Assembly (NCBI GenBank): GCA_046861385.1
Contig: JBHHTW010000001.1
Coordinates: 32,001 to 96,000, forward strand
Source: Fidelibacterota bacterium
Lineage (GTDB): Bacteria; Fidelibacterota; Marinisomatia; Marinisomatales; TCS55
Direction: 5' to 3'
DNA length: 64,000 nt
Part shown: positions 1 to 8,389 of the stretch, in pieces
Layout: every line of letters starts with the position of its first letter
Numbering within the stretch: position 1 is the first letter of the stretch
Position numbers and translations under genes: made by a program
The notes under the pieces: model-generated
Database searches by the model: none
Seen by the model: only the letters and a program-made list of their open reading frames with translations
What the model was told of the DNA's origin: nothing

Positions 1-633
1 TTTTCAGAAGCATTACCGCTTACCGGTACTATTTTAACCAAGCTGGATGGTGATGCCCGTGGTGGTGCGGCTGTTTCTATTCGCCAGGTAACAGGAACTC
101 CAATCAAATTTGTTGGTATGTCGGAAAAATTAGATGGACTTGAACTTTTCAATCCGAAACAGATGGCGGACCGTATTATGGGTTTTGGTGATGTGATATC
201 CTTGGTGAAGAAAGCTGAAATATTAACGGATGAAAAAACACTCGCCAAGCTGGAAAAGAAAATGATTGGGAATGACTTGAATCTTGAGGATTTTCAAACC
301 CAATTAAAACAGCTGAAAAAAATGGGATCACTTCAGCAATTGGTTGGAATGATGCCAGGTGTAAATCGCAAATTATTGAAGGGTATGGATATGGACGACC
401 GCCAGTTATCCTGGACGGAAGCTATTATCAATTCCATGACCCTTGCAGAACGTCAACATCCGAATATTATTAACGGAAGTCGTCGAAAACGTATTGCCCG
501 GGGATCCGGTCGTACATTACAGGAAGTAAATCAATTATTGAAACAGTTTGCACAAATGCAAAAAATGATGAAACAATTTGGAAAAATGAAATCCCGCAAA
601 ATGCCAATGGGACACTTTATGGGAATAAGTTAA
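1..633 (+). CDS. ffh: Signal recognition particle protein Ffh (5' partial)
   Basis: Frame 1 open from base 1: LTKLDGDARGGAA GTPase motif, then M-domain AIINSMT..ER..P..INGSRRKRIARGSG. Confidence 0.97.
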   Translation, partial: FSEALPLTGTILTKLDGDARGGAAVSIRQVTGTPIKFVGMSEKLDGLELFNPKQMADRIMGFGDVISLVKKAEILTDEKTLAKLEKKMIGNDLNLEDFQTQLKQLKKMGSLQQLVGMMPGVNRKLLKGMDMDDRQLSWTEAIINSMTLAERQHPNIINGSRRKRIARGSGRTLQEVNQLLKQFAQMQKMMKQFGKMKSRKMPMGHFMGIS

Positions 634-648
634 AAGAAGGAGATTAGC

Positions 649-1587
649 TTGGCTACAAAAATAAGACTAAAACGAATCGGACGCAGAAATAGACCATTTT
701 ACCGTATAGTGGTGATGGATCAGAGATCACGTCGAGATGGTGCTGCCATAGAGGAATTGGGATGGTATAATCCATTGGAAAAAGATAATGATAAACTCTT
801 TAAGCTAAAGGAAGATCGTATTCTTCACTGGTTAAAAGAAGGCGCCCAAACTACGGATACCGCACATAATTTATTACGTCGAACCGGCCTCGCATTTCGA
901 TGGCATTTAATCAAACAAGGGCTGGAAGAAAAAGCGATTGAAAAAGAGATGAAAAAATGGAATCTCGAACGGGAAGATTCTGCGAAACGAAAAGCAACTA
1001 AAGTTGATAAAAAAGCCGATTCCAATCGGGATGAAGTTGCTCCAAAAGAAACAGAAGCAGCTGTTGAAAAGAAATCTGAGACAGCTGTAGAAGAAGCATC
1101 GGAAGAAGAAAAAGTAGTAGAAACCGTGGAATCAGATGAAAATAAATCTGAAGCCGCCACAATGGAACCGGCTGCTGAAGAAAAAGTAAAAGAAATTCAG
1201 GAAGAAGAATCAAAAGAAGATACATCGGCAGTTGTGAAGGAAGAAGATTCTAAAGAAAAAGAAAAAACTGGTGCAGAATCTCAAGAGGAAACCTTGGCAG
1301 AAGCAACTGAGGGCATGGAAGCAGATACAAAAGAAGTATCAACGGTGACAGAAACAACAGAAAAAGCACCAAAAGAAGAATCGGCTACAGACGCCAAGGA
1401 ATCAGATAAAAATACATCTGAAGAAGATACGAAAAATGAATCTGCATCAGATACAGATACAAATACTGAAGATTCTGCCGATAAATCAATTCCTGAAACT
1501 GATGAATCAAAAAAGGAAGAAACCGAACCAGTAGGTGACAATAACGAATCTTCCGACAATGATCTGACGGAAGAACAAAGCGAATAG
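649..1587 (+). CDS. rpsP: 30S ribosomal protein S16 with ~200 aa acidic C-terminal extension
   Basis: MATKIRLKRIGRRNRPFYRIVVMDQRSRRDG..IEELGWYNP; TTG start after AAGGAG; ffh-rpsP-rimM-trmD order. Confidence 0.95.
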   Translation: MATKIRLKRIGRRNRPFYRIVVMDQRSRRDGAAIEELGWYNPLEKDNDKLFKLKEDRILHWLKEGAQTTDTAHNLLRRTGLAFRWHLIKQGLEEKAIEKEMKKWNLEREDSAKRKATKVDKKADSNRDEVAPKETEAAVEKKSETAVEEASEEEKVVETVESDENKSEAATMEPAAEEKVKEIQEEESKEDTSAVVKEEDSKEKEKTGAESQEETLAEATEGMEADTKEVSTVTETTEKAPKEESATDAKESDKNTSEEDTKNESASDTDTNTEDSADKSIPETDESKKEETEPVGDNNESSDNDLTEEQSE

Positions 1588-1608
1588 TCAACGTGTAAGG
1601 AGACTAAC

Positions 1609-1842
1609 ATGAAGGAAATGATCGAAATAGTAGTTAAAGAGCTAGTAGATAAACCGGACGAAGTCCAAGTAACTAAAGTCGAAACTGAGCAAAGAATCAT
1701 CTATGAGTTGGTTGTTGGCGAAGGTGATTATGGCAAAGTTATAGGCAAGCGAGGGCGAAATATTTCTGCCATTCGGACATTGGTGTTCGCTGTTAATGCC
1801 AAAGAGGGTGGCAAACGCGCACGTTTGGATGTGATTGACTGA
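1609..1842 (+). CDS. khpA: KH-domain RNA-binding protein (KhpA/UPF0109)
   Basis: LVDKPDEV...DYGKVIGKRGRNISAIRT; position between rpsP and rimM. Confidence 0.9.
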   Translation: MKEMIEIVVKELVDKPDEVQVTKVETEQRIIYELVVGEGDYGKVIGKRGRNISAIRTLVFAVNAKEGGKRARLDVID

Positions 1843-1843
1843 T

Positions 1844-2344
1844 ATGTCGAAGAAAGTCCATCCCATAGCCAAAATTACTCAAATTAGTGGATTTCGCGGT
1901 GAAGTTCGCTTAAAACCATTGTCGCGATACTTTGATGAATATGTTGAAACACGCCCACTCAGTATCGGATACGACATGAATATGTGCCGTGACATAAAGC
2001 TATCCGAAACTATCGGTAACGGTAAGCGGAAACGGTTCAAATTTGAAGGTATTGGGAGCCGAGATGATGCAGAAGTCCTCATAGGTCAAACAGTCTATGC
2101 GGAACAGAAAGATGATGATCACGCAAATCTTATTTCTAAAGATTTGCTTGGATATACTGTAATAACGGAATCCGGCTATATGGTTGGAACTTTATCAGAT
2201 ATTTTATGGCTGCCTGCAAATGATGTCTATGTAATAATGGATGGAAAAGATGAAAAGTTAATACCGGTAATCGATGAGATAATCAAAGGAATTGATCATC
2301 AATTAAGCTTAATCATCATTTCACCCATGGATGGATTGATTTGA
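1844..2344 (+). CDS. rimM: Ribosome maturation factor RimM
   Basis: IAKI...GFRGEVRL, PANDVYV, LIPVI motifs; synteny. Confidence 0.9.
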   Translation: MSKKVHPIAKITQISGFRGEVRLKPLSRYFDEYVETRPLSIGYDMNMCRDIKLSETIGNGKRKRFKFEGIGSRDDAEVLIGQTVYAEQKDDDHANLISKDLLGYTVITESGYMVGTLSDILWLPANDVYVIMDGKDEKLIPVIDEIIKGIDHQLSLIIISPMDGLI

Positions 2345-3057
2345 AGAAAATAGCCTTTATTACACCGGTTCCTGATATGGTGAAAACCATCATTGAGCAA
2401 AGTATGCTCCGTAGAGCCCATGAAGAAAATATTGTGGAGTATTTCATGGTGGATCTACGTGAATTTGGAAAAGGAAATTATCGTCAAATAGACGACGCAC
2501 CTTACGGAGGCGGAAGCGGAATGGTGATGATGGCAGAACCCCTGATAGCAGCCATTGAATCAGCAAAAAAATGGATGAACAATAAAGAAGATATTCGAAT
2601 TATTTATCCGTCGCCCCAAGGAAAAACATGGAATCACAGATGCGCGGAATCCTTCATCGATTATGATAGTCTCATTTTCATTTGCGGACATTATAAAGGT
2701 ATCGATCAACGAGTGATCGAAAAATATGTCACTGATGAATTATCTATCGGCGATTATGTTGTATCCAGCGGGGAGATTCCCGCCATGATCATCGCTGATT
2801 CTATTATTCGCCTGATTCCGGGAGTATTGAATTCCAGGGAATCAGCCGAAACGGATTCTTTTTATAATGGCTTGTTGGATAATCCCTATTTTACAAAACC
2901 GCGTCATATAGACGGTATAAATGTCCCGGAAGTATTATTGAATGGGAACCATAAAGAAATTAATGACTGGAAACAGTCCCAGAGAGAGAATATTACTAAA
3001 ACAAAACGCCCGGATCTTTGGCGTAAACAATTAGAAAATAATGAGGTGTCGGAGTAA
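2341..3057 (+). CDS. trmD: tRNA (guanine37-N1)-methyltransferase
   Basis: DDAPYGGGSGMVM, CGHYKGIDQR, SIGDYVVSSGE. Confidence 0.97.
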   Translation: MKKIAFITPVPDMVKTIIEQSMLRRAHEENIVEYFMVDLREFGKGNYRQIDDAPYGGGSGMVMMAEPLIAAIESAKKWMNNKEDIRIIYPSPQGKTWNHRCAESFIDYDSLIFICGHYKGIDQRVIEKYVTDELSIGDYVVSSGEIPAMIIADSIIRLIPGVLNSRESAETDSFYNGLLDNPYFTKPRHIDGINVPEVLLNGNHKEINDWKQSQRENITKTKRPDLWRKQLENNEVSE

Positions 3058-3060
3058 ACG

Positions 3061-3402
3061 ATGAATAAACTACATAAAGCTGTTAAAGACCAATTAAAAA
3101 CAAATATACCGAAATTTAATTCAGGAGATACTGTTGAGCTGGACGTCCGTGTTGTTGAGGGCGGTAAAGAACGTATCCAGAAATATCGCGGTGTGGTTAT
3201 TACAAGAAAAGGAGGAGGAATAGAGGAAACCATGACTGTAAGGAAAATATCCAACGGTATTGGTGTGGAACGTATTTTTCCCATCCATTCACCCATGCTG
3301 GCAAATATCAATGTTGTTAGACAGGGAAAAGTCCGCAGAGCCAAACTGCATTATTTACGCAGCCTTTCCGGTAAAGCGACGCGTATTGTTGAAAAACGTT
3401 AA
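3061..3402 (+). CDS. rplS: 50S ribosomal protein L19
   Basis: F.SGDTV...[35 protein letters not shown]. Confidence 0.98.
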   Translation: MNKLHKAVKDQLKTNIPKFNSGDTVELDVRVVEGGKERIQKYRGVVITRKGGGIEETMTVRKISNGIGVERIFPIHSPMLANINVVRQGKVRRAKLHYLRSLSGKATRIVEKR

Positions 3403-3421
3403 CCATTGCAGTTAAACGATT

Positions 3422-3450
3422 AAAAAGCCCCAATAACTCGGGGCTTTTTT
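3422..3450 (+). terminator. Rho-independent terminator after rplS
   Basis: AAAAAGCCCC-aataactc-GGGGCTTTTTT stem-loop with U tract. Confidence 0.85.
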
Positions 3451-3671
3451 GTTTTAACGATATTATTGGGAACATGTAAATTATGTCAGCGCAGTATTGA
3501 TATAAGCAACCGCGGAGCAAAATCGTTAAGGATGACATGCTATTTGGATTGAGTGGTATCCCTCCAAGAATAGTCATTGACTGAGAGATAGCTTGTCGAA
3601 CGATACTTAGTTACTAGTAAAACACAAGTGAAATGATTTGTAAATTATAATATTGATTGATCCAATTCGAA

Positions 3672-3734
3672 TTACCAATAACCAGCTACAACCAACCATT
3701 AACCTGTTACTATTAACAAATAACCAGATACTAC
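3672..3734. repeat. Degenerate C-rich heptamer array (reverse complement of the TGGTAAC family)
   Basis: ttaccaa taaccag ctacaac caaccat taacctg ttactat taacaaa taaccag atactac. Confidence 0.65.
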
Positions 3735-3744
3735 TAATCAAAGA

Positions 3745-4905
3745 ATGAGCAGATTTGAAAAAATAGTACTGGGTATCACCGGTGGGAGTCATTTGTCCGT
3801 CCATGCGTTGATGTTGGCCCTACCAAGCCTGATTCCCATTTTACGTGATGAATTCAATACTGGGTTGGATACACTGGGTCTGGTGGTAACCATCAGCGCC
3901 TTTATGTTCGGCGTTGGAGCCATTCCGTCCGGATGGGCTGAACGAAAGTTAGGAGGCAGGATATTATTGTTATTATACCTTTTCGGTTCCGGACTGTCTG
4001 CGATGTTAGTTTCAATATCAGGTTCCTTTAATATGATGGTGGCAGGACTGGGATTGATGGGATTTTTCTGCAGCATTTATCATCCTGCAGGACTGACGCT
4101 CATTTCTCACCGTATAACTTCTCTCACAAGAGGAATGGCAGTTCACGGTATCTTTGGTACCACGGGTTCAGCGATCGGACCCATCATGGCCACTGCTTTG
4201 GCATCCTTAATCTCTTGGAGAGCATCCTATGCTGCATTAGGTGTGTTTAACATCATTCTCGCTTTCGCTACGATTGTTGCGGTTCCAAAGCGTAAACACG
4301 ATATCGAAGAGACACAATTAGAAAATCACGTCGGAAAGACTAACCGTCCAGCGCTGATCTATTTTTATTTGACTAGCATGCTCATGGGTATGGCGTATTA
4401 TGGATTCACTACATTTATGCCGACCCATTTCGCTGAAAATACAAACCAATTTGCACCATTTATTACTACAACAATGAAAGCAGGTGTTTTTCCTACATTG
4501 GTTTTTCTGGCTGGAATCATAGGTCAGCTCATCGGCGGTCGGTTAGGGAGTCTTTACAACAGACCTAAAATGATGATGACCATAGTGGCTTTAAATATTC
4601 CATTTTTCATACTTATGGGCTATGTCACAGATTTAATGCTGGTGTTATTCAGTCTAGGTTTGGGCGTGGCTTTTTTTAGTATCCAACCTGTTAGCAATAC
4701 ACTCATTGCGGATTTCACCCATAGCGATAATAGAGGGCTGGGATACGGTTTTAATTTTTTCCTAAGCTTTGGTGTTGGTTCTATTGCAGCCGCCCTCGGT
4801 GGATTCATTGCCGAAAACATGGGTGTTGCTTCCGTATTTCCTATGATGGGATATTTATTGATCCCCGGACTGTTTACCAGTTATATGATTACTAGAAACC
4901 TTTGA
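3745..4905 (+). CDS. MFS transporter
   Basis: 386 aa with about 12 hydrophobic segments; GWAERKLGGR loop motif and SIYHP motif. Confidence 0.85.
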   Translation: MSRFEKIVLGITGGSHLSVHALMLALPSLIPILRDEFNTGLDTLGLVVTISAFMFGVGAIPSGWAERKLGGRILLLLYLFGSGLSAMLVSISGSFNMMVAGLGLMGFFCSIYHPAGLTLISHRITSLTRGMAVHGIFGTTGSAIGPIMATALASLISWRASYAALGVFNIILAFATIVAVPKRKHDIEETQLENHVGKTNRPALIYFYLTSMLMGMAYYGFTTFMPTHFAENTNQFAPFITTTMKAGVFPTLVFLAGIIGQLIGGRLGSLYNRPKMMMTIVALNIPFFILMGYVTDLMLVLFSLGLGVAFFSIQPVSNTLIADFTHSDNRGLGYGFNFFLSFGVGSIAAALGGFIAENMGVASVFPMMGYLLIPGLFTSYMITRNL

Positions 4906-5154
4906 AAAACCTATTGTACAAATTAAAAAGTTTAACATTCGCCTGCTTTTCGTTGGAAAACTTATTAATAGCTATGCCATTACTTGTATTTCCCGTCTTC
5001 CCGCCTGCCACAACTATAATAAAAAGAAGGGGGCGGGCAGGAATCAGACAAAATTTAATTCTTTTTTCTTCATACTCTAGGTTTTATAAAGGTTTCAATA
5101 AAAAATCATGATTGTTGTTTTATCTGTGAATGTTCATCAATTTCACCTATTGTT

Positions 5155-6525
5155 ATGAGCAAGAACCAACTCCAACAACTTCCGTCAGTATCTGAAGTAT
5201 TACTTGAGGTAAACCAGAACACCAGGCTGCATATCAATTATATTACTGTAATAATAAAATCAGAAATAAAACGATTTCGAGGTCAGGCTAAAGAAGGAAA
5301 ACTAAATCTCCACCGTAGCGATATTGTTAATGAAATTCTGGATGAAATTAATCGCCTGGCCAAACCATCTTTAAGGAATATTATCAATGGAACAGGCGTG
5401 GTTCTGCACACAGGTTTCGGAAGGGCGCCTGTGTCCAGAAAAATTATTTCCCATGTCGCTAAACGGATGGAAGGGTATGTCAATCTTGAATTCGATCTCG
5501 CTTCTGGCAAAAGAGGCGAACGACAAGACCACATCAGTCACATTATTTCCGGAATATGCGGAACAGAAAGCTGCGTGATAGTGAATAACAATGCCGCAGC
5601 TGTACTGATTGCATTAAATACGCTTGCTGAAGGAAAAGACGTGATTGTTTCCAGGGGGCAAGAAGTGGAGATCGGCGGTTCCTTTCGTATTCCAGATGTG
5701 ATCCGCAAGAGCCATTGCAACCTGGTGGAAGTTGGCACCACGAACCGAACTCACCTAAAAGACTACGAAAAAGCCATTAGCAAAAACACCGGTGCTATCC
5801 TCTGGGCTCATACCAGTAATTACGTTGTAAAAGGCTTTACGAAAGAAGTTCCTTTACGGGAATTGGCTGATTTGGCGAAAAAGAAACGCATTCCTTTAGT
5901 GGCAGATCTCGGATCAGGTGCTTTGGTGGATATGGAAAAATTGAATCTCCCACTGGAAGAACTTGCTGCTGATATAGTAAAATCCGGCACTGATATAATC
6001 ACTTTCTCCGGGGATAAGTTGTTGGGAGGGCCCCAATCAGGGATCATTGTTGGAAAAAATCGCTTACTCAAAGCCATTCACAAAAATCCACTTTACAGAA
6101 CGTACCGTTGTGACAAATGGATCATTGCTCTTATGGAAGAAACATTACGAACCTATCGTGCAGAGGATAAAGTGACAAACGACAATTTATCCATGAAACT
6201 TCTGACAACTTCTAAAAAAAACCTTCTGACCCGGGGAGGAAAGATTTTGGCAGGTATTCATAAGAAAAAAGTGAAGGAATTGGGTTTATCGATAGTTGAA
6301 TCCAGGGTGGAAGCAGGCAGCGGATCTTTGCCAGTAGAATCTATTCCCAGCGCTGCCTTCCGGTTTAAACCAAAATCAATTTCCGTTACTGGATTAGCTA
6401 AAGCATTTAGAATCGGCGATATTCCTGTCGTCGGTTATATTAAAGATGATACATTTTATATCGATCTGAAAGCGGTTCTTCCAACTCAAATAAATAGGCT
6501 GACTCAAGCCATCCAAGATATCTAA
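5155..6525 (+). CDS. selA: L-seryl-tRNA(Sec) selenium transferase
   Basis: INGTGVVLHT, VNNNAAAV, EIGGSFRIPD, EVGTTNRT, FSGDKLLGGPQ (PLP lysine). Confidence 0.97.
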   Translation: MSKNQLQQLPSVSEVLLEVNQNTRLHINYITVIIKSEIKRFRGQAKEGKLNLHRSDIVNEILDEINRLAKPSLRNIINGTGVVLHTGFGRAPVSRKIISHVAKRMEGYVNLEFDLASGKRGERQDHISHIISGICGTESCVIVNNNAAAVLIALNTLAEGKDVIVSRGQEVEIGGSFRIPDVIRKSHCNLVEVGTTNRTHLKDYEKAISKNTGAILWAHTSNYVVKGFTKEVPLRELADLAKKKRIPLVADLGSGALVDMEKLNLPLEELAADIVKSGTDIITFSGDKLLGGPQSGIIVGKNRLLKAIHKNPLYRTYRCDKWIIALMEETLRTYRAEDKVTNDNLSMKLLTTSKKNLLTRGGKILAGIHKKKVKELGLSIVESRVEAGSGSLPVESIPSAAFRFKPKSISVTGLAKAFRIGDIPVVGYIKDDTFYIDLKAVLPTQINRLTQAIQDI

Positions 6526-6526
6526 A

Positions 6527-8389
6527 ATGCCACAAATTGTTATCGGTACCGCCGGGCATATTGACCACGGAAAGACAGCGTTGGTAAAAGCGCTTACCGG
6601 TACGGATACTGATCGGCTGGCAGAGGAAAAAGCGAGAGGTATGACCATTGACCTTGGATTTGCTTTTTTGAACGATTCCATTACGATCATTGATGTCCCA
6701 GGCCATGAAAAATTTGTACGAAATATGGTGGCAGGTGTGTCTACAATTCACATTGCCCTTCTCGTAGTAGCTGCTGATGACGGTATTATGCCTCAAACCA
6801 GAGAGCATCTCCATATTTTGAAACTGCTGAATATTCCTCAATGTGTTGTGGCTATTACAAAAATCGATTTGGTGGAAGATGATGAATGGCTGGACCTAAT
6901 TGAGTTAGAGATCAATGAAATTACAGAAGGAATGTTTTCAAATGTTGATGTGGTGCGAACATCCGCCACAAACGATATAGGGATTGCGGAATTATACCAA
7001 TTGCTGTTAGAAAAAGCGAATGTTGTAAAGACCACAGATGCGTTGAGTTTTTTTCGTTTGCAAGCCGACCGTGTATTTTCCATGACAGGATTCGGAACTG
7101 TGGTGACAGGTACCGTTATATCCGGGGAATTAAAAAAAGGAAATACTTTGGATGTATTACCGGGAAATTTTCAGGCGAAGGTTCGGGGAATACAATCTCA
7201 CGGAAAAGAAGTGAGTTCTGTCCAAAAAGGTGACAGAGCTGCCGTAAATCTGGCAGGGATAGACGTCAGTAAAATTACCCGGGGATCTGAACTGGTTGCA
7301 CCTGGAAAATTGAAAGCCATCACCAGGTTTACAGCACATATTCACCTTATTAAAGATATGAAAAAAGATTTGAAGCACGGTCAGCGGATTCGGATACACT
7401 TGGGTACTGGGGAGACTATGGCAAGGGTGTATTTACCAGCGAATAAGAAAATGGCCGCCGCCAGTTCCGGGAATGTAATTTTCGAACTGGAGCATCCTGC
7501 ATCTATCGCAAACGAAGATCGTTTTGTTATTAGAACATATTCACCCATGACCACCATCGGCGGTGGAACCGTATTGACAACATTTTTTCCAAAGGGAGTT
7601 AAGATTAACAAGTGGGTTTTAACACTGGAAAAGCAATTTGAGAAGCGATTCACCCAGTTGGTTACTGCATTCAAAACAAATCCGAAGACAATTTATGAGT
7701 GGAGTAATTTGGTGCAGATGACTGATAATCACATTAGACAGATTGTAAAACAAACAGGTCTGAAAACATCAAATCATAGCATGATTTTTACTGAGGAAAA
7801 TTTAGATAAATGCAAAAAGATTATTTTGACGGCGCTGACGAAATTCCATGGGAAGAACCCTCTTCGGAAAGGAATGTCAGCAGATGGATTGAAACAAGAG
7901 ACAGGATTAAGTGAAGAATGGTTATCCGAATTATTGACCGTGATGGAAAAAGAAGGTTCTGTTCAATCTGCAGGGACAGGATTGGCATTGGCTGGCCATG
8001 AAGTGGAGCTGGAAGGCCAATCAGCTGAACTATCAGGCCAATTGGAAAATGTTTTAATGGATAATGAATATATTCCTTTGAAAACAGATGACTTGTTCAA
8101 AAAACTCAATACCGGCGAGAAAGAAATTTTAGAAATACTTCATGTATTAAAAAATGACGAAAAAGTAGTAGAAATTGAAAGGGGAATCTGGATGCACAAC
8201 GAAAACATGGCTAAACTCCGTCGGCCTCTTATTGATCATTTTACAAAACACAATTCTATGAGTGTTGGTGAATTTAAAAAAATAACAAAGTTGACCCGGA
8301 AATTCGCCATTCCTGTGCTGGAATATTGCGATGCGATGGGTTGGACCGATCGAGATGGCAATCTGCGCTTAAAAGGGGAAAATTTGTGA
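6527..8389 (+). CDS. selB: Selenocysteine-specific elongation factor
   Basis: GTAGHIDHGKT, DRLAEEKARGMTIDLGFA, DVPGHEKF; C-terminal winged helix TRKFAIPVLEY.D. Confidence 0.97.
   Translation: MPQIVIGTAGHIDHGKTALVKALTGTDTDRLAEEKARGMTIDLGFAFLNDSITIIDVPGHEKFVRNMVAGVSTIHIALLVVAADDGIMPQTREHLHILKLLNIPQCVVAITKIDLVEDDEWLDLIELEINEITEGMFSNVDVVRTSATNDIGIAELYQLLLEKANVVKTTDALSFFRLQADRVFSMTGFGTVVTGTVISGELKKGNTLDVLPGNFQAKVRGIQSHGKEVSSVQKGDRAAVNLAGIDVSKITRGSELVAPGKLKAITRFTAHIHLIKDMKKDLKHGQRIRIHLGTGETMARVYLPANKKMAAASSGNVIFELEHPASIANEDRFVIRTYSPMTTIGGGTVLTTFFPKGVKINKWVLTLEKQFEKRFTQLVTAFKTNPKTIYEWSNLVQMTDNHIRQIVKQTGLKTSNHSMIFTEENLDKCKKIILTALTKFHGKNPLRKGMSADGLKQETGLSEEWLSELLTVMEKEGSVQSAGTGLALAGHEVELEGQSAELSGQLENVLMDNEYIPLKTDDLFKKLNTGEKEILEILHVLKNDEKVVEIERGIWMHNENMAKLRRPLIDHFTKHNSMSVGEFKKITKLTRKFAIPVLEYCDAMGWTDRDGNLRLKGENL

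Noticed and set aside
825-1700. Ser-rich antisense ORFs over rpsP
   Set aside because: Shadows of the GAA-rich acidic tail; the many other antisense ORFs over known genes were rejected likewise.
4905-5155. tRNA-Sec (selC), or the 69-aa ORF 4902-5111
   Set aside because: No cloverleaf or TCA anticodon arm; the ORF has no recognisable motif and runs through an inverted repeat.
8326-8385. Upstream extension of mutS in the ORF track
   Set aside because: It lies inside selB; the GTG at 8386 overlapping the selB stop fits MutS better.
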